A DNA stretch of 64,000 nucleotides from an uncultured bacterium (GCA_963804975.1 CAWDSG010000002.1:405015-469014), one strand, 5' to 3'. Counted from the first letter of the stretch, positions 18,409 to 28,549 are shown. Notes: generated by a model not told the origin, from the sequence alone. A program made the numbers and translations.

Positions 18409-21276
18409 TTATACAACAAAGTTGATTACTTTGTTTTTAACGAAGATTTTTTTAATAATTCTCTTGCCGGAGAGCCACTTGACAATATCTTGATTGTTTA
18501 AAGCTGATTTTTCCACTTTATCCTCCGAAGAATCTGCCGGTACGTCAAGAGTTGCCCGAACTTTGCCGTTTATCTGCACAACGATTTTCACATTTCCCGA
18601 TTTTAATTTGCTTTCATTATATTTCGGCCAGCTTTCCAAAGCAATCATTTTTTTACCACCAAAGTTTGCCCAAATCTCTTCACAGATATGCGGAGCAAAA
18701 GGAGAAAGAATTTTTATCAAGGATAAATATGATTCCTTGCTTATCTTGTCCTCTCCTTCAAAATTATTCGCCAAAATCATCATTGCAGAGACCGCAGTGT
18801 TTGCATTGAATGATGCGATATCGTCTCCGACTTTTTTTATCGTTTGATTCAATAATATTTTCGTTTCCTCGCTGTCGGTAAAATTTTCGGCAACTTTTTC
18901 CTGAAGCTTCCAGACCTTGTCCAAAAATCTTCTTGAGCCAACCATGCTATCGGTGCTCCAAGCAATCTCCTGTTCAAACGGTCCCATAAACGACTCATAA
19001 ACCCTGAGTGTGTCGGCGCCTACATTTTTTACCACCTCATCGGGATTGACCACATTTCCCCATCTTTTTGACATTTTCCTGTTATCCGAGCCGAGTATCA
19101 TTCCCTGATTTCTAAGCTGTTTAAAGGGCTCTTTTGTGCTTACTATGCCTATATCAAAGAGAAACTTGTGCCAAAAACGAACATAAATAAGATGTCTTGT
19201 GGCATGCTCCGTACCTCCGACATACATGTCCACCGGAGCCCAATATTTTTCTTTTTTCGGATCAACCAAGGCCTTATCGTTTTTTGGATCCATATAGCGT
19301 AAATAATACCAAGATGAGCCGGCCCATTGCGGCATCGTGTTTGTTTCTCTTTTACCGGCACCGCCGCATTTCGGACACTTCACGTTTACCCATTTTGTCA
19401 TGGCGGCAAGCGGCGACTCTCCGGTTCCTGTCGGTTCGTAAAATCTGACCTTTGGAAGCATAACAGGCAGATCTTTTTCCGGAACTGCAACTGTCCCGCA
19501 TTTTTCACAATGCACTATCGGGAATGGCTCGCCCCAATATCTCTGACGCGAAAAAACCCAATCCTGAAGTTTGTATGTGACTGTCATTTTTCCGCCGGCA
19601 AATTCTGTGATTTCTTTCATTATTTCCGTATTTTTCTTGCCGTCAAATTTTCCGGAATTGATCATTATTCCATTGCCGATAAATGCATGTGGTCCTTTTT
19701 CCAAATGAGCAATAATTTCAGGGAGTTCCGAAACAGGCCAAAAAATTTTATTTATTTCTGAAATCGGCACCCATACAACAGTGTGCTTCTCCGATTCTTC
19801 ATCTGAAAGTTCATTTTTTTCGAGATTCGCTAGTTCCACAACAAAAACTTGAGTAAATGCCTGGCGATTGACATTCTTATGTGCTGCATAAAAATGCGTT
19901 TCCATTTGCCAGCCAAGTTTCTCCACTTTTTTAAAATTTTTATAGCCGGTTTCTTCTTTCACTTCCCGTGCGATAGCATCTTCGCGCGATTCGTTTTCAT
20001 CAACGCCACCGATAACAAGTGTTTTCCATGGAACTTTTTTCCATTGGATTTGAATGATCTTATCTTCGGTAGGATGCTTCACAATTGCCTGCACATTGGC
20101 TCTCGGACTCCATTGTTTATCATTTTTGGGAAGATTATCTTTATCAATAAAAAACGGTGCAATAACCTGTTTTATCGGCAAATTATATTTCTTTGCAAAA
20201 GCAAAATCGCGGTCATCATGTGCCGGCACAGCCATTACTGCCCCCGTGCCATAATTCGCCAAAACATAATCCGCGATAAATACGGGAATTTCTTCCTTGT
20301 TTACTGGATTTACGGCTTTCACTCCGTCAAGTTTAACGCCGGTTTTTTCCTTGCCTTCCGCAGTCCTTTCTATTTCCGTCCTGTTTTTTATTTCCTTCCT
20401 GTATTTCTCAACTTCAGCCCAATTTTTTATCTGCGGCTTCAATTCATCAATCAAACTATTTTCCGGAGCAATAACGACATAAGAAAGGCCGAATAAAGTA
20501 TCAGGTCTTGTAGTGAATACTTTTATTTCTTTTCCTGCCTGCGCAGGCAGGTTTGAATCCTTAATTTTAAAAGTAATTTCCGCGCCTTCCGAACGGCCAA
20601 TCCAATTCCTCTGCAATTCCTTGATGTGTTCCGGCCAGGCAAGCTCATCCAAATCATTCAAAAGCCGATCGGCATAATCGCGGATTTTCAAAACCCATTG
20701 TTTCATCTGTTTTTTCTCTACCACAGTCCCGCACTGTTCGCATTTTCCGTTCTCTATATCTTCATTTGCCAATCCGGTCTTGCAGGAAGGGCACCAATTT
20801 ATCGGCGCAAATGACTCATAAGCCAGACCTTTTTTGAACATCTGCAAGAATATCCATTGCGTCCATTTGTAATATTTCGGATCTGTTGTGTTTATTTCCC
20901 TATCCCAATCATAATCCAGACCTATAATACTTAACTGTTCTTTGTATCTTTTGACATTTTTCTTTACTGCAATTTCAGGATTTATTTTATTTTTTAAGGC
21001 GTACTGTTCTGCCGGCAAGCCAAAAGCGTCCCAACCCATCGGATGAAGAACATTAAAACCATTCATTCTTTTGAATCTTGAATAAATATCAGTAGCGACA
21101 TAACCTCGCGGATGGCCGACATGAAGGCCTTCTCCCGACGGATACGGGAACATATCAAGCACGTAACATTTCGGCTTGTCGCTCTTCTCGGTGGTCTTGT
21201 AGATTTTTTCCGCAGCCCATTTCTTTTGCCATTTCTTCTCAATCTTTATGTGGTCGTATTTGCCGGTTTTATTCAT
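18409..21276 (-). CDS. leuS: Leucine--tRNA ligase with an inserted NUDIX domain
   Basis: MFPYPSG.GLHVGH (HIGH), FTTRPDT, DWVFSRQRYWG, KMSKR. Start reassigned to the ATG at 21276 (MNKTGKYDH). Confidence 0.96.
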   Translation of the reverse strand: MNKTGKYDHIKIEKKWQKKWAAEKIYKTTEKSDKPKCYVLDMFPYPSGEGLHVGHPRGYVATDIYSRFKRMNGFNVLHPMGWDAFGLPAEQYALKNKINPEIAVKKNVKRYKEQLSIIGLDYDWDREINTTDPKYYKWTQWIFLQMFKKGLAYESFAPINWCPSCKTGLANEDIENGKCEQCGTVVEKKQMKQWVLKIRDYADRLLNDLDELAWPEHIKELQRNWIGRSEGAEITFKIKDSNLPAQAGKEIKVFTTRPDTLFGLSYVVIAPENSLIDELKPQIKNWAEVEKYRKEIKNRTEIERTAEGKEKTGVKLDGVKAVNPVNKEEIPVFIADYVLANYGTGAVMAVPAHDDRDFAFAKKYNLPIKQVIAPFFIDKDNLPKNDKQWSPRANVQAIVKHPTEDKIIQIQWKKVPWKTLVIGGVDENESREDAIAREVKEETGYKNFKKVEKLGWQMETHFYAAHKNVNRQAFTQVFVVELANLEKNELSDEESEKHTVVWVPISEINKIFWPVSELPEIIAHLEKGPHAFIGNGIMINSGKFDGKKNTEIMKEITEFAGGKMTVTYKLQDWVFSRQRYWGEPFPIVHCEKCGTVAVPEKDLPVMLPKVRFYEPTGTGESPLAAMTKWVNVKCPKCGGAGKRETNTMPQWAGSSWYYLRYMDPKNDKALVDPKKEKYWAPVDMYVGGTEHATRHLIYVRFWHKFLFDIGIVSTKEPFKQLRNQGMILGSDNRKMSKRWGNVVNPDEVVKNVGADTLRVYESFMGPFEQEIAWSTDSMVGSRRFLDKVWKLQEKVAENFTDSEETKILLNQTIKKVGDDIASFNANTAVSAMMILANNFEGEDKISKESYLSLIKILSPFAPHICEEIWANFGGKKMIALESWPKYNESKLKSGNVKIVVQINGKVRATLDVPADSSEDKVEKSALNNQDIVKWLSGKRIIKKIFVKNKVINFVV
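20534..20551. repeat. In-frame perfect 18-bp palindrome in leuS (LPAQAG)
   Basis: CCTGCCTGCGCAGGCAGG just before KEIKVFTTRPDT. Confidence 0.9.
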
Positions 21277-21408
21277 ATTAAAACATAATATAACAAAAAT
21301 AGTCGGAAATAAAGAGTTCTTTGGCTTGACATAATCCGTCATTTAATTAAGATAGGACCAGAACAGGCAAGTCCGTTCCTTTCCAAAAAAATCTGTCAGG
21401 AGAGAAAA

Positions 21409-21741
21409 ATGATCAAAATTACGAAGAAATTTACAGAAAAATTTAAGGTTTTTTCGTCAAGCTTTTCAAAAGAGAAAATCTCGGAGGTTCCCGGAAAAAT
21501 TTTGGAGACTATTCTGACTCTTTTGACCGAGATAGGCAGTTTCCTGATTGGGATCGTAATCTATGCCGATGCAGTAGGTCTCCTTTTGCTGGCTGCAGGT
21601 ATGGATAAATTCCCCGTTTCTAAATTCATTTTCATTGTAGCGGCTTTTACAATGGTGGTGTCGTATCACTACGCCATGAAAACACCTCAGAAAGCGCCCC
21701 AGAAAGTGCTTCAAGAGGTGCAAGAAAAAAAGAAGAGGTAA
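21409..21741 (+). CDS. Small membrane protein, orphan
   Basis: Two hydrophobic segments; TTGACA-16-TAAGAT (21326-21353), AGGAG SD and its own terminator. Confidence 0.7.
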   Translation: MIKITKKFTEKFKVFSSSFSKEKISEVPGKILETILTLLTEIGSFLIGIVIYADAVGLLLLAAGMDKFPVSKFIFIVAAFTMVVSYHYAMKTPQKAPQKVLQEVQEKKKR

Positions 21742-21758
21742 GAGGCAATACATTATAA

Positions 21759-21786
21759 AGGCCCGAACACGGAAGTGTTCGGGCCT
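21759..21786. terminator. Hairpin between convergent genes
   Basis: AGGCCCGAACAC-GGAA-GTGTTCGGGCCT, perfect 12-bp stem. Confidence 0.8.
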
Positions 21787-21790
21787 GATT

Positions 21791-22987
21791 TTATTCTTCT
21801 GATTCCAGTCGTGTTATTTCCAAAATTTTTGATTTGGATTTTTTACCCACAATCTTTATTGTACGAGGTTCAATATCTATTTGGTTTGCTGAAGCATCTA
21901 TTTGTATTTTTCCGCCCAAATTATTAATATCTTTTATTTTTGGATAAACTCTTGAATCTAATGAAGCACACGCAGCATTAAATTTTTTTGTTGCTCCTTC
22001 AAGTGAGGCACCTATACCTGCAAAATGTCCAAAAAAAGTATTAATCCGATCTCCTAAATCAGTAATTTCTTCAGCAAGTTTAGAAGCATTTTCTATAGTT
22101 TTCTGTTGCCTCCACGCATGAGCAATTAAAGATAAGAGGGGCATTATTATTGCTGGACTTGCTAACATTACTTTTTTATCTTGAGCTTCTGTGTATAAAT
22201 TCATGTCTTCTTCAACGACTGCTCGTATAGCAGCTTCGCTCGGGATAAACATAACAACGTATGGTACTCTAGGATCTACATACTTCTGATATTCTTTGCT
22301 TGAAAGTTCTTTTATGCGTTCTTTTATATGTTGAGTAAATTTTACTATATGTTCTTTTCTTTTTTCAGCATTTTTTTCTACAACAGCTTTATCAAATTCT
22401 TCCAAACTAGCCTTGCTATCAATGGCAAGTTTTAATCCATCGGGAAGAGTAATAATCACGTCTGGACGTAGGTTAGCATTGTCCCCGGTAACAGTTTCTT
22501 GAGTTTGAAAAACAACACCTTCATTCAAGTCTGATTTTTCTAAAATTGTTTTCAAAAGCAATTCCCCCCATTTTCCTCTAACGGCACTGGCTGAGGATAA
22601 TAAGTTTTTAACGGTACCAACTTCCTCTTGCATTTTTGCTCCGGCGTTTAATACGGTTTCAATACTCTTTCCAAGAGATCCTGTTTGTTCTGCTCTCATT
22701 TTTTCAAAATCAGAAATTTTTTCATCAACGGCTTTCATTGACTTATTTATTTCTTGTGCAATTCTATCAAAATTTTTTTCTTTACTTTCAAGATTAATGG
22801 AAAAATCTTTTGATTGATTACGAAGAACATCACCAGCAACAGCTTTAAAACGTGATTCTAGTTGATCTATATCCTTGCCTCTTTCTTCAAGCTGGACCTT
22901 TTTAATATCTAATTCCTTATTTTTTATATAGGATGCAAGAAAAAAACCTATAATTCCTCCTAAAATTATTGTGATAATATAAATCAT
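21791..22987 (-). CDS. rmuC: DNA recombination protein RmuC
   Basis: N-terminal TM, coiled coil, RGKWGE..L..ILE, RPDVII.LP, IDSK, VVMFIPSE. True start 22987 (MIYII), 6 nt after TGnTACAAT. Confidence 0.9.
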   Translation of the reverse strand: MIYIITIILGGIIGFFLASYIKNKELDIKKVQLEERGKDIDQLESRFKAVAGDVLRNQSKDFSINLESKEKNFDRIAQEINKSMKAVDEKISDFEKMRAEQTGSLGKSIETVLNAGAKMQEEVGTVKNLLSSASAVRGKWGELLLKTILEKSDLNEGVVFQTQETVTGDNANLRPDVIITLPDGLKLAIDSKASLEEFDKAVVEKNAEKRKEHIVKFTQHIKERIKELSSKEYQKYVDPRVPYVVMFIPSEAAIRAVVEEDMNLYTEAQDKKVMLASPAIIMPLLSLIAHAWRQQKTIENASKLAEEITDLGDRINTFFGHFAGIGASLEGATKKFNAACASLDSRVYPKIKDINNLGGKIQIDASANQIDIEPRTIKIVGKKSKSKILEITRLESEE

Positions 22988-23035
22988 ATATCTATTGTAC
23001 CAAAAAAATTTGAAATATGCTAAAATAATTCCATT

Positions 23036-23488
23036 ATGACAATACAAAAACAAATCAATGACGGGATAAAAGATGCGATGATTAAAAAGGACACTGTCCG
23101 CCTCACGGCGCTTCGCGGGGTCCTCGCGACTTTTACAAATGAAATGCTTGCCAAAAAACCTGCCGTACAGGAACTTCCGGATGAAGATGCCATCGCAATA
23201 ATCAGAAGATTGGTAAAGCAAAGGAAGGACTCCATTGAACAATTCACGAAAGGCGGAAGGATGGATTTGGTGAAAAACGAAGAGGCCGAAATGAAAATTC
23301 TGGATGAATTCCTGCCCCAAATGATGAGCAAGGAAGAAATCGTGAAAGTTGTGAAAGCTAAAGTTGCCGCAGCAGGAGAAATAGACAAAACCAAACTTGG
23401 CCAATTTATGGGCGGAATTATGAAAGAATTGAAAGGAAAAGCCGATGGCGCCATTGTGAAAGAAGTGATTGAAGAGATTGTAAAATAG
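23036..23488 (+). CDS. GatB/YqeY domain protein
   Basis: KQRKDSIEQF.KGGR.DL..E..E..IL..FLP, GQFMG.IMK.LKGKADG. Confidence 0.92.
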   Translation: MTIQKQINDGIKDAMIKKDTVRLTALRGVLATFTNEMLAKKPAVQELPDEDAIAIIRRLVKQRKDSIEQFTKGGRMDLVKNEEAEMKILDEFLPQMMSKEEIVKVVKAKVAAAGEIDKTKLGQFMGGIMKELKGKADGAIVKEVIEEIVK

Positions 23489-23561
23489 TTGACTAAATAC
23501 CTTAAATATTGCTATTATACAGACCAGAATGTTCCAAAATTAATTTTGATCGGAGAATTCC

Positions 23562-23885
23562 ATGGATTTTGATTTTCAACCAGCTTTAGATTTTTATTCT
23601 TCTCTGCGCAAAAAAGGAAAAAATCGCAAAGAAGCTTTGGAATTGGCATTGAATAAGTTTGATTTAATGCGTCCCGGTATTCACAATGAATTTGAAAAGC
23701 TTATTGAAGAAGAAATTGAACCCGGTATTGAAGCAAGAGAATGGGTTGCCAAAGAACAAAAAGAAATTCATAGGCATGATTTGACACCACCTGCAATTAC
23801 TGAAGTTTTGACCGAGAAAGAAGAAGTGGAAGATAAGATGGAACCGTGGTGTAAAGGAGCATGGGATAGCTGGAAAAAAAGATGA
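23562..23885 (+). CDS. Acidic hypothetical protein, orphan
   Basis: 107-aa ORF with TTGACT-18-TATTAT (23489-23518) and GGAG SD. Confidence 0.65.
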   Translation: MDFDFQPALDFYSSLRKKGKNRKEALELALNKFDLMRPGIHNEFEKLIEEEIEPGIEAREWVAKEQKEIHRHDLTPPAITEVLTEKEEVEDKMEPWCKGAWDSWKKR

Positions 23886-23951
23886 TCCGTCTAAACAATG
23901 GGTCATTTTTTCTTTATCTTAAATCCAAAAAATGATATATTTGCTTCGTAT

Positions 23952-24107
23952 GGCTCCATCGTCTAACGGTTAGGACATGCCTTCGAGAGGTTAAAGTTGG
24001 AGTAAGGATCCAACTTTAAGACTTGTGATAATCTTTATACGAGCAAAGCGAAGTAGAAAGTAGAACAAGTGTACAGCTTCTGTAAGAAGAGAAATTCGGG
24101 GTTTGAT
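23952..24107 (+). pseudogene. tRNA-Glu-like 5' half interrupted by a structured insert of about 100 nt; 3' half degenerate
   Basis: GGCTCCATCGTCTAACGGTTAGGACATGCCTTC matches the 5' half of the tRNA at 24141. It is followed by hairpins and TCGGGGTTTGAT, with no 3' acceptor strand. Confidence 0.6.
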
Positions 24108-24140
24108 ATAAATTAAGTTAAAAATTGAATAGTAATGTTT

Positions 24141-24216
24141 GGCCTTATCGTCTAACGGTTAGGACATAGCCTTCTCAAGCGTTAGAATCGGGGTTCGATT
24201 CCCCGTAAGGTCACCA
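24141..24216 (+). tRNA. tRNA-Glu (CTC)
   Basis: GGCCTTA/TAAGGTC acceptor, D arm GTCTAACGGTTAGGAC, loop TTCTCAA, CGGGG-TTCGATT-CCCCG, encoded CCA. Confidence 0.9.
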
Positions 24217-24239
24217 TTTCGTGCTAGCACGAGATATAT

Positions 24240-24761
24240 ATGGGATATATAATCACAAACATTTCACTTCCTATACTAATTCAAGACACAGCAGCACTGG
24301 TAGTTTCTGTTTCAATAGGATTTTTTATTTGGATAATTAAGCAGTCCTATGACAAACATGAGCAAGAACTTAAATCACTAAAAAAATTAGAGATATGTTT
24401 AAGTGGTGATTTAGCCACAAATAAACATAATGAGGAATATCTAAATGATTGGATGGATAATTTAAAGAAAAATAAACTTTTTTCGTGTGCATTTAGAACA
24501 TACGAATTAGATAATTCTGAACTTGTGTATATAACAAATTTAGAACTTATAAATAAGATCAACACCCTAAGTTATGGATTAAATATTTTATTTAATGATT
24601 TAAAAAATAATTATGATGTATATACATCTAACTCGCTTAGATTTTTAGATAAAGATCTTGTTAATAATTGGAAAGAAATGAATATTAATACATTAGTGCA
24701 ATTAAACATTCCAAAAAATAACTTTTATGATTTCAAAAGACAAAAGTATTTGCGTAATTAG
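24240..24761 (+). CDS. Very AT-rich hypothetical membrane-anchored protein next to tRNA-Glu
   Basis: 173-aa ORF with one N-terminal TM; composition differs from flanking core genes. Confidence 0.55.
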   Translation: MGYIITNISLPILIQDTAALVVSVSIGFFIWIIKQSYDKHEQELKSLKKLEICLSGDLATNKHNEEYLNDWMDNLKKNKLFSCAFRTYELDNSELVYITNLELINKINTLSYGLNILFNDLKNNYDVYTSNSLRFLDKDLVNNWKEMNINTLVQLNIPKNNFYDFKRQKYLRN

Positions 24762-25157
24762 AAACAAGAAAGACGGAGCGCGTCGGCTCAGTCGAGTTCG
24801 CGCAAAATTTCAGAAATTATCTTGCATGACATTTTTTGTGCAGTCACAATTATATGCTGCCACTTTAATCCCCGACATCTCAATAATTTGTTGAGCAACG
24901 TTCCAATATTTTTTCCCTTCATAACTGCATGATATAAATCCATATTATTATTAATAAGCTCGCTAAATTTTCGCCATGTTCCACATATAAATTTGCCTAA
25001 TCTATCCCTTTCTTCTTTCCGCTCACCATAATTTTTTCAGGTTTTTTAACCAATAATTTCTTTAATATATAAAATTCCACTGCTAAACAAATTTTGCGTT
25101 TTCCATGTTTTTCTTTTTTTACATTTTCCTCATACACAATTATATTATCAAATTATT

Positions 25158-26450
25158 TTATTTCTTCTTTAGCCATTCTTCCTCCTGCCTCACCAGCAAT
25201 TCCCCTGCTTTTTCCGGCTCTGCCATTATTTCCTCCACTGTCCGCTCCATTCTCATTGATTGTGAGCCCTTCACAAGGATTATATCGTTTTCCGCAATCA
25301 TATTCTGAATTTCTTCGCCTGCTCCGACAGAATCTTCAAATTGGAAAATGTTGCTTTCATCCATTCCGGCATCAAGCGCGCCTTCGGCAATTTTTCTTGA
25401 CCTCAAGCCGACGGTTGCCAAAATATCACAGGATTTTGCTGAGAGCTTCCCCGCTTCGTAATGCTCTTTTACCGAATGTTTGCCGAGCTCCATCATATCG
25501 CCAAGAACTGCAAATTTTTTACCTTTTGCTTTAATATTTCCCAAAGTATTAAGCGCCAAAGTGACTGCAACCGGCGAGGAATTGTAAGTATCGTCGATTA
25601 TCATGGAATTTTTTATTCCGGGAATTATTTTCATCCTTCCTTTCGGCGTCTCATGGTTCAAAAGCGCCTCGCCGGCTTTCACCAAATTCACTTTGGCCGA
25701 TATGCCAACGGCAAGCGCCGCCAAAGTCGCATAAATATTTTTCATCCCAAGCGAACCATAGACCACAATCGGCACGATATTATTTTCATACTGCACTTTG
25801 AATGTCATTCCTGCCGGCTTTTCGTTCTCGTAATATATCTGTTCGTCGGATGCAACAAGATTTGACATGTTGTCCGTGCCGTAAACAATCGATAAATTTT
25901 TGGATTCATCTTTCATTTTCATCGCGTCGGCGTCATCGCCGTTGACTATAAGCGTGCCGTTATGCTTCAGGGCGTCAACCAGATATTTTTTTTCGCGCAC
26001 AATCGCGTCTCTTGTCGGAAAAAATTCAATATGAACGGGCACTTTTGCGAATGCGGTAATAACCACTGCATCGGGCTTGAGCCATTTGGCTATATTTTTT
26101 ATGTCCTTTGGCTTGTCGGCGCCGACTTCAAGCACCAGCCACTGCGGATAATTGACTCTGAAAAAAAGTTCTGAAAAACCGATCCAAATATTGTAAAGCC
26201 AAAGCAGCGGATCATTCCATGCGTTTTGACAGCCAATGACAGTGAGCGGAATGCCGATATCGCTATTGAAACTTTTTTCGCTTTTTCGAATGTAGAAAAA
26301 TTTTGACATTACCGAAAAAATCGCATCTTTTGCAGATGTTTTTCCGACGCTTCCGGTAATCGCAATTATTTTGGGCTTATATTTATTTATTATAAGCTTT
26401 GCCTGCCATTGTATTATTGAAGAAATTATTTTTTTAAATATCCGTTTCAT
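25158..26450 (-). CDS. murF: UDP-MurNAc-tripeptide--D-Ala-D-Ala ligase
   Basis: ITGSVGKT, SFNSDIG, LEVG, DDTYNSSP, LGDMMELG, VKGS. Confidence 0.93.
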   Translation of the reverse strand: MKRIFKKIISSIIQWQAKLIINKYKPKIIAITGSVGKTSAKDAIFSVMSKFFYIRKSEKSFNSDIGIPLTVIGCQNAWNDPLLWLYNIWIGFSELFFRVNYPQWLVLEVGADKPKDIKNIAKWLKPDAVVITAFAKVPVHIEFFPTRDAIVREKKYLVDALKHNGTLIVNGDDADAMKMKDESKNLSIVYGTDNMSNLVASDEQIYYENEKPAGMTFKVQYENNIVPIVVYGSLGMKNIYATLAALAVGISAKVNLVKAGEALLNHETPKGRMKIIPGIKNSMIIDDTYNSSPVAVTLALNTLGNIKAKGKKFAVLGDMMELGKHSVKEHYEAGKLSAKSCDILATVGLRSRKIAEGALDAGMDESNIFQFEDSVGAGEEIQNMIAENDIILVKGSQSMRMERTVEEIMAEPEKAGELLVRQEEEWLKKK

Positions 26451-26468
26451 TTTTTATTTTTATATTTT

Positions 26469-28214
26469 TTATCTGTCCGGCGGTATCTCGTAATAATTTA
26501 TCAGAAAATTTGTGACGTCAAAAAAAGGTGCTGTTAGAGTTTGGGAAGCATAATTGACGCCCTGCGGCTCATAAGTGTAAAGGAAAACCAGAAATCTCGG
26601 GTTGTAAGCGGGAAAATAGCCGAAAAAAGAGTGCAAATACTGGTCCGTGTAATAGCCTCCTCCCTCGCTTGCCAGCCGCGCTATTTGGGCTGTTCCTGTT
26701 TTTGCGGCAATACTGTAATTTTTCATTTTCAATGTCCCGCCGGCAAGGGACTGATCCACCACATTCACAAGCATCTGTGTAATTTTCTCGCTTGTGCCCG
26801 ATTTAATAACTTGTTTCGCTTCATCGGTATAATCGATTGTCTTTGAAAGTCCCGTTATGTAATTAATTTTATCCGCCACATGCGGAGTGATCAGTTTTCC
26901 TCCGTTTGCAAGCACCGAGAGCGCGCGTGCAGTAATGATCGGCGTCATTGAAATGCCCTGTCCGAAAGATGCGGTGTCATATTCAATTTGTTTTTGATTA
27001 TTGAGATTATCCAATAAATTGCTGATATCGCCGGCTGCTTCATCCGGCAAATCTATGCCGGTTTCCGAACCGATGCCGAAATTTTCAAAACATTTCAGCA
27101 TTGTCGGTTTGCCGATTTTCGTTGCGATAAAAGATGCGCCGACATTCAGCGATTGATTTAAAATTTGCTGCATAGGAATTATACCTCTCGCTTTTCCGTC
27201 AAAATTATGTATTGTGTTTCCGTCAACATTGATAAAACCTGTGTCATTGTAAGTAGTTGTGGCGGTTATTGCTCCGCTGTCAAGGCCGGCGGCCATAGTG
27301 AGAGGTTTAATTATGGAACCCATTTCGTAAGCATCGCTTACCAAAGGATTTGAATAAATACTGGCATCTTTTTGGCTGCCGAAGCTATTCAGATTAAAAT
27401 TCGGATACATTGCCATTGCATAAATTTCGCCTGTATTCGGATCCATAACGATTGCCCCGGTCATTTGGGAATTCCATTTTTTATTCGCATCCGCAACCAC
27501 TTTTTCAACATATTCCTGCACCTCAGGATCTATTGTCGTGACAACATCTCCTTCTTTTCCGTTATTCTCTATAAAATTGATTTTGATATCGGAAAATAAT
27601 TCCGCAAAAGTATTCACATACATAGGACTGTTATTCCTGCTTAATACGTCATTGTAATATGCTTCAAGGCCGTATCTGCCTGTCAAATTTTTACCCGTGT
27701 CATCATAACCCACAAAACCGATGATACGCGACGCAAGATCGTTCCCCGGATAATATCTCCACTTCTCATTTTCAATTATAATTCCCTGCAAATTCAAAAC
27801 GCTGATTTTTTTAATCTCTTCTTCAGGCACTTCCCTTGCAATTTCTTCGTACGAATCGTCTTTTTTTAATATTTTTGAATAAAAATCCGCCTCATCAAGC
27901 GGAATTATATTCGAAATTTCCTTGTAATATTCGTCCGTATCGGTCGCCATAACTTTGACATTGAGCGCCAAAATATAGCCGGTCTTCAGGCCTGCCGCGG
28001 ATATCAACGACCCGTTTTTATCCTGAAAATAAATGGATCCGCGATCGAACGTGTCGTTTGAGACGCTTACATATTGGTTATCCGCTTTTTCGCTGTAATT
28101 ATCGCCATATACCACCTGCAAAAAATAGAGGCGGACGGCCACAATCAAGGCAAAAAAAACAATCAGGCAAAAAATTAATCTTACTCTGTTTTGAAAATAA
28201 TTAGTAATTTTCAT
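26469..28214 (-). CDS. ftsI: Class B penicillin-binding protein (FtsI/PBP3)
   Basis: GSIIK (SxxK), SLN (SxN), KTGT; position in the mraZ-rsmH block. Confidence 0.88.
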   Translation of the reverse strand: MKITNYFQNRVRLIFCLIVFFALIVAVRLYFLQVVYGDNYSEKADNQYVSVSNDTFDRGSIYFQDKNGSLISAAGLKTGYILALNVKVMATDTDEYYKEISNIIPLDEADFYSKILKKDDSYEEIAREVPEEEIKKISVLNLQGIIIENEKWRYYPGNDLASRIIGFVGYDDTGKNLTGRYGLEAYYNDVLSRNNSPMYVNTFAELFSDIKINFIENNGKEGDVVTTIDPEVQEYVEKVVADANKKWNSQMTGAIVMDPNTGEIYAMAMYPNFNLNSFGSQKDASIYSNPLVSDAYEMGSIIKPLTMAAGLDSGAITATTTYNDTGFINVDGNTIHNFDGKARGIIPMQQILNQSLNVGASFIATKIGKPTMLKCFENFGIGSETGIDLPDEAAGDISNLLDNLNNQKQIEYDTASFGQGISMTPIITARALSVLANGGKLITPHVADKINYITGLSKTIDYTDEAKQVIKSGTSEKITQMLVNVVDQSLAGGTLKMKNYSIAAKTGTAQIARLASEGGGYYTDQYLHSFFGYFPAYNPRFLVFLYTYEPQGVNYASQTLTAPFFDVTNFLINYYEIPPDR

Positions 28215-28542
28215 TGAAAGACAATGCTAAGCCGCTCTCGGCTGGGGTAATGACGGCAAAATCATTTTCCGAAACGGCGACATATCCCTTTGACAATGCA
28301 AGATCCATGGTAATATTTTTTTCCATCGAAAGATATGAAAATTCCAGGGAATCAACATTTGAATTCAAAGATGACATCTGTCCTTCCAAATTTTGCTCGG
28401 CAACGGCATTTTGAAATGTTCTTTCCACCAAAAAGCCGTATAAAATAATGAGCAATGAAAATAAAGAAAAAAGAATCCAGAAAATCTTTTTTTCTCTGTA
28501 TCCTATTTTTTCTATTTGATTTTTGATTATTTGTGCCACCAT
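28201..28542 (-). CDS. FtsL-like cell division protein
   Basis: One TM plus a short coiled coil, between rsmH and ftsI. Confidence 0.65.
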   Translation of the reverse strand: MVAQIIKNQIEKIGYREKKIFWILFSLFSLLIILYGFLVERTFQNAVAEQNLEGQMSSLNSNVDSLEFSYLSMEKNITMDLALSKGYVAVSENDFAVITPAESGLALSFNENY

Positions 28543-28549
28543 TTTATTT

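Noticed and set aside
20628-20645. CCGGCCAGGCAAG in leuS resembling the coding palindrome
   Set aside because: Encodes the ordinary conserved LxWPE segment, with no extra residues and no full hairpin.
22988-23454. N-terminal extension of rmuC (to 23404) and the 144-aa minus-strand ORF
   Set aside because: Antisense shadow of yqeY; rmuC has a better start at 22987.
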